From: Escherichia phage vB_vPM_PD06
Length of the DNA stretch: 64,000 nucleotides
Reading direction: 5' to 3' (one strand)
Sequence record: NC_052653.1
The notes under the pieces are model-generated. The model did no database searches. It saw only the letters and a program-made list of their open reading frames with translations, and was not told the DNA's origin. Positions 17,005 to 24,654 of this stretch are shown here, piece by piece (position 1 is the first letter of the stretch; each line of letters opens with the position of its first letter). The position numbers and the translations under genes are program-made.

Positions 17005-17400
17005 ATGAAAGACAACGAAAATATCCTCTATGGGGTATCCCCTTCTGCGTTAGGGTATGATTATACGAAAACTGTTGCTAAGTTTAAATTTCAAGATGGA
17101 TCGGAGTTAGAACCATATGGTTATGCTTATGGTGAACATTTGTGGTTTGAGGATGGTTGCCTATACCTTCTCATTCAAACTACCAGTGGTTTTGTGGGAG
17201 AGCTTGTAGATCGTATGCTGAAAAATGTTAGTGATAAAGTTGTTCTTGATATCGCTAGTAAGGATGAAAACATTAATAACATTGTTTCCACTTTTAGTGG
17301 CTTAACAGGGACAGTTAAAATTGACCGTGTAGGCTTGAGAAATACCAATGGTGTCCCTAATTGCCTTATTAAAGTACAATTAAGTGCTGACAATAAATAA
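17005..17400 (+). CDS. hypothetical protein (131 aa)
   Basis: The ATG at 17005 follows AAGGAGAGA. The track start at 16876 lies inside the helicase gene. Confidence 0.6.
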   Translation: MKDNENILYGVSPSALGYDYTKTVAKFKFQDGSELEPYGYAYGEHLWFEDGCLYLLIQTTSGFVGELVDRMLKNVSDKVVLDIASKDENINNIVSTFSGLTGTVKIDRVGLRNTNGVPNCLIKVQLSADNK

Positions 17401-17405
17401 CAAGA

Positions 17406-17425
17406 AGGGGCGAAAGCCCCTTTAC
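17406..17425 (+). terminator. rho-independent terminator (GAAA tetraloop)
   Basis: aggggc-gaaa-gcccct followed by tta. The same hairpin core recurs at 28568..28585. Confidence 0.6.
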
Positions 17426-17490
17426 AAAACAATTAATTTATGGTACAGTATTAACAAATTAAGACTTTAGAAATATTTTAAGGAGGGAGA

Positions 17491-20400
17491 ATGGGAGCTT
17501 TTACTTTCGACATTGAAAGTAACAACTTGCTTAATGACGAAAGTGTAGATTACTTGGCAAGTCCATATCGTTTAAAAGATAGTTTTGCAATGCACTGTAT
17601 TGTGTGCGAAAGTCATGATACTGGAGAGATTATTGCTTTCCATGATGGTGATAAATATCTTTTCGATGGTCGTCCGTATATTGAGACTGACGGAAAGTAT
17701 GAATACCGACTGGAGGAATATGAGCATTTAGAATATACCCATTTCCCTCTTAAAGATTTTCCTGATTTTGTAAATGGAACAGGTAAATTTAAAGGTAATT
17801 CAAACTATAAAATTACCAAAGTAGTTGGACACAACATCATTAACTTCGACTTACTGGCAATTAAATTATTTTTTAAACTCAACTACAGTATTAAGTACAA
17901 TACTTGGGGTAATAGTAACATTGAAATTTGTGATACTATGATCTTAAGTAAGACACTAAACCCTGATCGCTTCGGTGGTCATAGTCTGGCAGAGTTATCT
18001 AAGAAAGCTGGAGGGGATGTTAAAATTGATTTTAGAAAAAACATTCCTGAAACTGAAAGATTTAGAACATTTGCAGCAGATATGCTGTATTACTGTATTT
18101 ACGATAACAAAGCTAACACCGCAGTGTTCCGTTATTTGATGGAAGAGTGGGGTGATTATAACAAGTGGTCTGAACCATTTAACTTAGAACAACGTGTAGC
18201 TGATATTATTACACGTCAAGAGCACCGTGGCTTTGCTTTCAATATGAAACAAGCAGAAGATAATATTCGTGATCTGGATGCTCGAATGGAAGCATGTCGT
18301 TTAGAGGCAGAACCTGTGCTACCTCCTAAACCTGCTACTAAAGGTTATTTGAAATCATTCATTCCACCTAAACTACAGTTTAAAAAGAATGGTGAGCCTT
18401 CAAGTAACATGATAAAGTTTGCAGAGAAACATTCTGGTGAACTTGTACAAAAAGAAGATGGTTGGTGGTTATTTGCATTAGGTAAAGAGTTTAAACTACC
18501 TATTCCAGCAGAAGAACCTATTTGTGATCCTACAGTACCTGCTACTTTAGACGACACTACACATATTAAAAATTGGTTAGTTGGTTTAGGTTGGAGTCCA
18601 TCTGAATATAAAGATAAAGATATCACTCTTAAATCTGGCACTAAGATTAAGAAAGATGAAGCACAAATGGAGAAAGCTATTCGTGACTATGTTGATCAAA
18701 CATTAGCATCTAACTTCTGCCAGGATAGATGTGATCATCTGGAGTGCACACCAGAAACTTTGGAATGGAAACTAAGAGATCGTATTGCTAAAGCTAAAGG
18801 TCGTGGTGTTAAAGTGCTTACTAACCCTTCCTTTACAAAAGGGCAAGAGAAGGATATTTGTCCTAACTTGGAAGCACTGGGTGAAAAGTTCCCTTATGCT
18901 ACGCAGATTGTGCAGTATCTTACGTATAAACATCGTAGAAACTCTATTCTAGGTGGTGGTGCTGATTGGGAAGAGGATGAAGAGGATTACGATAAAGGTT
19001 ATCTGGCGGCAGTAAGAGCTGATGGTCGTATACCAACTCCTGCTGCAACGTGTGATGCAGCTACGTCTCGTATGAAACATAGGTTAGTAGCAAATATCCC
19101 ACGTGTAACATCTCTGTACGGATATGAAATGCGTAACTTATTTGGTGTAGAAGTTCCAAAATACTTCCAAATTGGTTATGACTTTGATTCTCTTGAGGCA
19201 AAAATAGAATCACACTACTGTGTACCTATGGATGCACAAGCACTAACCCGTAAAGGTTGGGTTGGTTATCACGATCTACAAGAAGGGGATGAAATCTTAG
19301 GATATAACCCAGAAACAGGACTTAAAGAATGGACTAAAGTAAAAGGTAAGGTCTTCTATAAAAATAGTAAGACGTTTGAGATTAAAGGAAAATCCCATAC
19401 TTATCGTGCAACAGCAGATCACCGTTGGTATGTTAATACTCGTAGTACAGGGAATACTTATGTGCCTAAAGTCAGAACAACTGCCGAGCTTTGCACAGGA
19501 GATAACATTATTTGTAATGCTCCATTTAACATGGAACAAGATCAAGTAAATAGTTTAACTTCTGTTCAACAAGGTAAATGGGATGTTCCGTGGGTAGAAC
19601 GTGTAGTTAATATGTCTCATGCCGAGCGTGTGGCTTTCTTGGAAGGTTTTTTGATTGCGGATGGTTACTGGCACAAACATAAACAAAAACCTGTTTGGCG
19701 CTGGGCGCAGAACCCAGGAGAACTTTTTGAAGCAGCCTTAACTGCCTCATACCTGGTTCATGGGGGTAATATTTCTGTAGCCTTCAATACGAAAGACCAG
19801 AAAGTAAAAGTGGCAACGTTGGCTAACCGCTCTCACATCCCTGTTCAAAGTCTGACTATTGAAGAATGGGGTGTAGAAGATGTTTGGTGTCCACAAACAG
19901 AACTCGGTACATGGGTTATGCGTCAGAAAGACTGCATCACGATTACAGGGAATTGTTGGCGGTACGAGCAGGAACCACACGAATATTGTAATGCTCTATT
20001 GTTGGAAAAACCTAATGATGTTCATACAATGATGGCTCGACGTATTTCTGACACTATTGGTCGTAAGTTTGAACGAAGCCCTGCTAAATCTGTTAAGTAT
20101 GGTATTACTTATGGTGCTCAAGCTGCAAAAGTAGCAAAAACTATAGGTAGTGATATGTATACAGGACAGCTTGTATACGATGCTTTCTGGGAAGCTGCAA
20201 AACCTCTTGCGCTTCTTAAAGAACGTCTGCATGACTTTTGGGTTAAAACAGGTAAGAAATACATTCTTGGTATTGATGGTAGGAAAGTACCTACACGATC
20301 TGCACACGCAATACTTAACTCTCTGTTCCAGAGTGGTGGTGTTATTTGTGCAAAAAGAGCAATGGTTATCTACGATGATCTTATCGAAGAAGAAGGATTA

Positions 20401-20805
20401 GCTGTTGACTTTTTTGTTGATGACTGGAAAAATAAGTCATTCGTTCAACAAATGATTGCATATCACGATGAAGCACAGCTTGAAGTAACTCGTGATCTGG
20501 TGCATTTTAAATGGTTCTCTAAAGAATCTTTAGGTTGGACTCAAGTTGATGATCCAGAAGAACAAAAGAAAATTGATAAAGAATGTTTGGATAAAGTTAA
20601 TGCCTGGAAAGAAGAGGAAGAGAAACGTACTGGCAAGATTTGGGCTAACGTACATGAATCTCCGAAAGGTGGTTGGTTTACAGCCTACAGTCGTGCTGGA
20701 GAATTAGCATCTATCGCTGTTAATAAAGCTGGTGAGTATTACAATCTTAATGTACCTCTAACTGCTGGTTACGATGTTGGTAGTTCATGGTCAACTTGTC
20801 ACTGA
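17491..20805 (+). CDS. family A DNA polymerase with 3'-5' exonuclease domain, interrupted by an intein
   Basis: Exo motifs FDIESNN, HNIINFD and YCIYD. Pol motif A GYDFDSLEAKI, motif B RSPAKSVKYGITYG and motif C AYHDEAQ. A 245 aa insertion follows motif A. Confidence 0.9.
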   Translation: MGAFTFDIESNNLLNDESVDYLASPYRLKDSFAMHCIVCESHDTGEIIAFHDGDKYLFDGRPYIETDGKYEYRLEEYEHLEYTHFPLKDFPDFVNGTGKFKGNSNYKITKVVGHNIINFDLLAIKLFFKLNYSIKYNTWGNSNIEICDTMILSKTLNPDRFGGHSLAELSKKAGGDVKIDFRKNIPETERFRTFAADMLYYCIYDNKANTAVFRYLMEEWGDYNKWSEPFNLEQRVADIITRQEHRGFAFNMKQAEDNIRDLDARMEACRLEAEPVLPPKPATKGYLKSFIPPKLQFKKNGEPSSNMIKFAEKHSGELVQKEDGWWLFALGKEFKLPIPAEEPICDPTVPATLDDTTHIKNWLVGLGWSPSEYKDKDITLKSGTKIKKDEAQMEKAIRDYVDQTLASNFCQDRCDHLECTPETLEWKLRDRIAKAKGRGVKVLTNPSFTKGQEKDICPNLEALGEKFPYATQIVQYLTYKHRRNSILGGGADWEEDEEDYDKGYLAAVRADGRIPTPAATCDAATSRMKHRLVANIPRVTSLYGYEMRNLFGVEVPKYFQIGYDFDSLEAKIESHYCVPMDAQALTRKGWVGYHDLQEGDEILGYNPETGLKEWTKVKGKVFYKNSKTFEIKGKSHTYRATADHRWYVNTRSTGNTYVPKVRTTAELCTGDNIICNAPFNMEQDQVNSLTSVQQGKWDVPWVERVVNMSHAERVAFLEGFLIADGYWHKHKQKPVWRWAQNPGELFEAALTASYLVHGGNISVAFNTKDQKVKVATLANRSHIPVQSLTIEEWGVEDVWCPQTELGTWVMRQKDCITITGNCWRYEQEPHEYCNALLLEKPNDVHTMMARRISDTIGRKFERSPAKSVKYGITYGAQAAKVAKTIGSDMYTGQLVYDAFWEAAKPLALLKERLHDFWVKTGKKYILGIDGRKVPTRSAHAILNSLFQSGGVICAKRAMVIYDDLIEEEGLAVDFFVDDWKNKSFVQQMIAYHDEAQLEVTRDLVHFKWFSKESLGWTQVDDPEEQKKIDKECLDKVNAWKEEEEKRTGKIWANVHESPKGGWFTAYSRAGELASIAVNKAGEYYNLNVPLTAGYDVGSSWSTCH
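19219..19953 (+). mobile_element. intein (245 aa) with a LAGLIDADG-like segment, inserted just downstream of polymerase motif A
   Basis: Begins CVPMDAQALTRKGW. Block B-like RATADHRW. Contains VAFLEGFLIADGYW. Ends CITITGN followed by +1 Cys (CWRYEQ). The flanking ESHY/CWRY aligns with the continuous T7-type pol sequence after motif A. Confidence 0.8.
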
Positions 20806-20832
20806 CATCTCTTTGATTTTAAAGGAGTTTTT

Positions 20833-21429
20833 ATGCTTACCGTGTATGGTGAAGGTATTAATGATTTGGAAGGCGAGAGTACACTACCTGGTAGTAAGAA
20901 ACTAACGCCGCATTATATGAAATGGATGGCTATGTTGGGGAGGTGTTACTCCCCTTGTCAACAAGAACGTGATCCTTGTTATAAGGGGGTGACGGTTTGT
21001 GAAGAATGGAAGTTGTTCTCCAATTTCTATTCCTGGTTGCAAACTTGGGATAACTGGGAAAACTTAGAACTTGATAAAGATATTATAGGAGGGAGAGTTT
21101 ACTCTCCCGATACCTGTCTTTTAGTAACAGGAGATCTTAATAAGTTCTTAGCTTATAGAGTAAGTAAAAGATCTCATGGGACTATGGTAGGCTGTAGTTA
21201 CGAGAAAGATCGTAAAAAGTATAAAGCCAACATAAAAGTAGGCAGTCGCATGAAAACGCTGGGACGTTTTAATACTGAAATTGAAGCGCATCTTTGCTGG
21301 TTGAAAGCTAAGGCAGAGCAGCTTACAAAATTCTTTGAAACTGAAGATGAAAGAGTTGTTCCACATCTTAAAGCACTATGTAATGAAATGCTTGAGCATG
21401 TAGAACAACATAAAGAGTGGACACGATAG
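20833..21429 (+). CDS. AP2-domain DNA-binding protein, free-standing homing-endonuclease-like
   Basis: N-terminal W..M..RC......YKGVTVCEEW..F..F motif and C-terminal AP2-like GCSYEKDRKKYKANIKVGSRMKTLGRFNTEIEA. Sits directly after the polymerase gene. Confidence 0.55.
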   Translation: MLTVYGEGINDLEGESTLPGSKKLTPHYMKWMAMLGRCYSPCQQERDPCYKGVTVCEEWKLFSNFYSWLQTWDNWENLELDKDIIGGRVYSPDTCLLVTGDLNKFLAYRVSKRSHGTMVGCSYEKDRKKYKANIKVGSRMKTLGRFNTEIEAHLCWLKAKAEQLTKFFETEDERVVPHLKALCNEMLEHVEQHKEWTR

Positions 21430-21437
21430 GAGAAAAT

Positions 21438-22031
21438 ATGAATATTGAAGATCAAAAAGTACGAGCTTTAGAAGTATTACGTATGTGCCAACTGGTAGAT
21501 CCGTTTGCAATTGTAGCTGGCGGCGCTGTACGCGACTGGCGATTAGAAACACCTGCGCAAGATATTGACATTTACTTGCGTATGCCTAACCACAATACAA
21601 CCGTACTGGTAGAGAAATTTTTGATGTTGGGTGTTGGTGCACGTAATGTTAAACAACTTACTAAGCAAACAGAACACACTTATGCCGAACTACCACATTT
21701 GAAATGGGTATTTGAAGCATACTATAAAGATCTTAAGTTTAACTTTATGATCATGGAAGAAGGTGTACGCAGTGAAATCGTATGGAACTTTGACGTAGCT
21801 ATTTGCCTGTGTTACTGGGATGGTCTAAATTATGTATATCATCCAGATTTTGAATTTGCATTGAAAACTAATATTTGCACTATTAATCACCGATACACAG
21901 GTAAAGAAGCACACGTCCGTAAAATGGCAGAACGTTTCCCTATGTTCCGCTTTGTAAAAGACGTTTTCATTCCCAAAGAACCAGAAGTACGTACACTGGA
22001 TTCGTTTAACAACGAAGAATTTAAGATTTAA
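21438..22031 (+). CDS. minimal Pol-beta-type nucleotidyltransferase of the tRNA CCA-adding / poly(A) polymerase family (head domain only)
   Basis: Signature AGGAVRDWRLETPAQDIDIY (GGxVRD...DxD). Only 197 aa. AGGAGAAAA RBS before the ATG at 21438. Confidence 0.65.
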   Translation: MNIEDQKVRALEVLRMCQLVDPFAIVAGGAVRDWRLETPAQDIDIYLRMPNHNTTVLVEKFLMLGVGARNVKQLTKQTEHTYAELPHLKWVFEAYYKDLKFNFMIMEEGVRSEIVWNFDVAICLCYWDGLNYVYHPDFEFALKTNICTINHRYTGKEAHVRKMAERFPMFRFVKDVFIPKEPEVRTLDSFNNEEFKI

Positions 22032-22034
22032 GTG

Positions 22035-22064
22035 TTGACAAACCTTACAATTATGTGTTATTAT
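22035..22064 (+). promoter_or_regulatory. extended -10 promoter TTGACA-18-TGtTATTAT
   Basis: TTGACA at 22035..22040 and TATTAT at 22059..22064, preceded by tgt. Confidence 0.6.
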
Positions 22065-22074
22065 GAGGACTTGA

Positions 22075-22473
22075 ATGACAGACAATCGTTCTAAAATCTT
22101 AGTCGAGACGTTCTACAGTAGAGAAACTAATCGTCTTGAACTAACTAAAAAAGATGTTGAACCTCAAGATAATACCTTTTTTATTCAAATACTATGTCTC
22201 TTTGGTGGATACAACCGTTTAACAGTGCGGGTAGAAGACAAAGAGATATCTGAAACCACTATCACAAAACGTGAACTAATGCTACTACAGGACACAATAC
22301 GAGATGTTTTGGACAATCCTGGAAAAGCAAAAGTAATTAACCTTGGTGGAGAAAAGATACAAATTCTCCATTTTGAAAGTGGTGAAATAGGATTTGGTAT
22401 TGGTCTTGGTAAATACCTGTTGGAAGAAACTGACGCTACTCTTTTACGAGAGTTTTGTGTTAAAGTAATGTAA
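22075..22473 (+). CDS. hypothetical protein (132 aa)
   Basis: ORF track. First gene after the promoter; weak GAGGA RBS. Confidence 0.6.
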   Translation: MTDNRSKILVETFYSRETNRLELTKKDVEPQDNTFFIQILCLFGGYNRLTVRVEDKEISETTITKRELMLLQDTIRDVLDNPGKAKVINLGGEKIQILHFESGEIGFGIGLGKYLLEETDATLLREFCVKVM

Positions 22474-22489
22474 TTATAGAGGAGAATTT

Positions 22490-23437
22490 ATGCCAGTAAT
22501 TAATTCTGAAATCGACCGTCGTACTAAAAAAGAAGCATTCTGGGCTGAAGGTATTGTCGAATATGTCAAACTAGATAAGTTTGATGAAATGAAAGTCTCT
22601 TATATTAAGGTTGCAGGTCAACCAGATAAGAAAATTGAATCAACTCACAAAGCATCTCTGCTTATTAAAGAGAAAGGTGCTGGTGCTGATGATAAAGGTG
22701 TTTGGGTTAGCCTAGGTGAAGTTAAACTGCACCCAGAACATGAAAACCTGCAAGTTAAAGATGGTGATAAGTGGGTTACTATCGAAAAAGGTGTAGAATT
22801 AACTATGGATGTTAAACCTTCCGAATGGAATGGCAAAACATACTACAATTCCTCTAAAGGTAAAATCACTATTCTTTCAACAGAAGGTGTTCAGCAAGCA
22901 CAATCCTCTTCAAAAGGTGGAAATAAGCCATCTAATAATGACGGTAGCAAGCCTAACTACAAAAAACGTGATACCGTAGGGATTGAAACAGGACACGCTG
23001 TAAACGGCGCTCTGGAGCTTCTACGTGCTGGTGTGAAAGGTGATGCTTTCGACTTGGCTGGTGTGGTACAATCTGCAACTGTTACTCTGAAAGCTGAAAT
23101 TGCTAAAGATCGTGGCGTTGATGTGACTGATTATGATCTTGGTGCTTCAGTTGGACACGCAATTCTTAACGCTTGTCGTGATCATACAGGTAAAACTGTA
23201 ACGGCAGAAGAGATTATTGAAGCTGCTCGTGAAGTTCTTGCTTTGTCTGATAAAGTAGCTGCTGCTATCCGTGGAATGTCTACTCCAGTACAAGAAGTTA
23301 AGAAAGAAACTAAAAAAGTAGAGAAGAAAGAGCCAGCACCGAAAGAACCAGAACCTGTTGTTCAAGATTTCGATGATGATATCCCATTTGCTCCTATTGG
23401 TTTGCAATATGGTCGAAACTTCCTGCACTGTTTCTAA
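22490..23437 (+). CDS. putative single-stranded DNA-binding protein with an SSB-tip motif
   Basis: The N-terminal region is OB-fold-like by composition. DFDDDIPF lies near the C-terminus (nt 23366..23389), identical to the bacterial SSB C-terminal tip as I recall it, followed by 15 more residues. Confidence 0.55.
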   Translation: MPVINSEIDRRTKKEAFWAEGIVEYVKLDKFDEMKVSYIKVAGQPDKKIESTHKASLLIKEKGAGADDKGVWVSLGEVKLHPEHENLQVKDGDKWVTIEKGVELTMDVKPSEWNGKTYYNSSKGKITILSTEGVQQAQSSSKGGNKPSNNDGSKPNYKKRDTVGIETGHAVNGALELLRAGVKGDAFDLAGVVQSATVTLKAEIAKDRGVDVTDYDLGASVGHAILNACRDHTGKTVTAEEIIEAAREVLALSDKVAAAIRGMSTPVQEVKKETKKVEKKEPAPKEPEPVVQDFDDDIPFAPIGLQYGRNFLHCF

Positions 23438-23459
23438 TAGTTAAATATTGTGTGAATAT

Positions 23460-23485
23460 AAGGAGCCTAACGGCTCCTTTTCTTT
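23460..23485 (+). terminator. rho-independent terminator
   Basis: aaggagcc-taac-ggctcctt followed by ttcttt. Confidence 0.7.
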
Positions 23486-23497
23486 GAAGGAGATATA

Positions 23498-24229
23498 ATG
23501 AGCGAATTTGTAAACAACACTGCATTAAACTACCTGCAAACCCTCGAAAGCAATAGTGTAGATTTGATTCTTACTGACCCACCATATGCTATTTCTCGTG
23601 ACACAAATTTTCAATCTGGAGAGCCTACTGGAAAAGATACGGATAGATTCCGTGTATCTTACAACTTTGGTGACTGGGACGTTGTAGATATTCCTTACTT
23701 TAAAGAAGTATTCAAAGAAGCCTATAGGGTGCTTAGAAAAGGTGGTACTTGCATAGTTTGGTATGATATCTGGAAGATCCAGGAGCTACGTGAAATCCTT
23801 GAACCGCTTGGTTTTCGTATGTTCCGTACTATTGAATGGATTAAAACAAACCCTGTACCCATCAACAGTGGTGTTAACTACCTTAGTAACGCTAAAGAGA
23901 TGGCTATTGTTTGTGTTAAAGGTTCGAAGCCAACCTTCAATGCTTCCTACCATAAGGGTGTGTTTGAGTATCCTATCTATCAAGGAGCAGATCGTTTTCA
24001 TCCGACACAAAAACACTTGACTTTGTTTTGTGACCTTATTAATATACATACCAACGAAGGAGATGTAGTCTTAGACTTCTTCTCTGGAAGTGCAACAACA
24101 CAAGTTGCGGCACTTTTAACAGGTAGAGAATACTTAGGCTGTGAAGCCGATGTAAATATTTTTAAGCAAGCGGAGGAACGACTAAATGAGTACACTGAAC
24201 AGCAAAATCACCCTGAAAGCACTGATTAA
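23498..24229 (+). CDS. DNA methyltransferase (beta-class N6-adenine/N4-cytosine type)
   Basis: DLILTDPPYAI (motif IV) is N-terminal and VLDFFSGSATT (motif I) is C-terminal. Target site unknown. Confidence 0.85.
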   Translation: MSEFVNNTALNYLQTLESNSVDLILTDPPYAISRDTNFQSGEPTGKDTDRFRVSYNFGDWDVVDIPYFKEVFKEAYRVLRKGGTCIVWYDIWKIQELREILEPLGFRMFRTIEWIKTNPVPINSGVNYLSNAKEMAIVCVKGSKPTFNASYHKGVFEYPIYQGADRFHPTQKHLTLFCDLINIHTNEGDVVLDFFSGSATTQVAALLTGREYLGCEADVNIFKQAEERLNEYTEQQNHPESTD

Positions 24230-24617
24230 CAACGGTATGAATTTGGACTCTGGTCTGTCTCCAAAGATTTCTATGGCACGACTGGAACAAGTTACTGGTC
24301 TTCGTCAAGTAAGTAATGGCGGTAAGATTATTCGTGATGACGCTGTACCTTTTAATAAATTTCAGATTGAACGTCACTACGATCCTGTAACTGCAAGTCT
24401 TACTGGTGTAACTTTCTCAGGTTATCGTACTGCTGGATACCAACGTAAGGTTGTAGCTGAACGTATTAAGAGTCGCAAACAGAAAATTGCAACATTGAAG
24501 AAACTGGTAGAGAAAGATGTTTCAGAACTTCTTAACTTGTATGAAACTCTTGAAACAAAAGGTGAAAATCATAAACTCTTCTCTAAAGAAGATGTGAGCG
24601 TAATTTTCACTGATTAA
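24186..24617 (+). CDS. hypothetical protein (143 aa)
   Basis: GGAGGA lies 7 nt before the ATG at 24186. Overlaps the methylase 3' end by 44 nt. Confidence 0.6.
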   Translation: MSTLNSKITLKALINNGMNLDSGLSPKISMARLEQVTGLRQVSNGGKIIRDDAVPFNKFQIERHYDPVTASLTGVTFSGYRTAGYQRKVVAERIKSRKQKIATLKKLVEKDVSELLNLYETLETKGENHKLFSKEDVSVIFTD

Positions 24618-24625
24618 GATAAAAG

Positions 24626-24654
24626 AAAAGGAGCCAATAGGCTCCTTTTTGTTT
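24626..24654. terminator. bidirectional terminator between the convergent arms
   Basis: aaaaggagcc-aata-ggctcctttt with an A-run and a T-run on either side. + and - strand genes converge here. Confidence 0.75.

Noticed and set aside
19219-19953. A group I/II intron or gene fusion as the explanation for the polymerase insertion.
   Set aside because: The reading frame is continuous, and the insertion has intein terminal residues (Cys1, terminal Asn, +1 Cys) and internal intein blocks.
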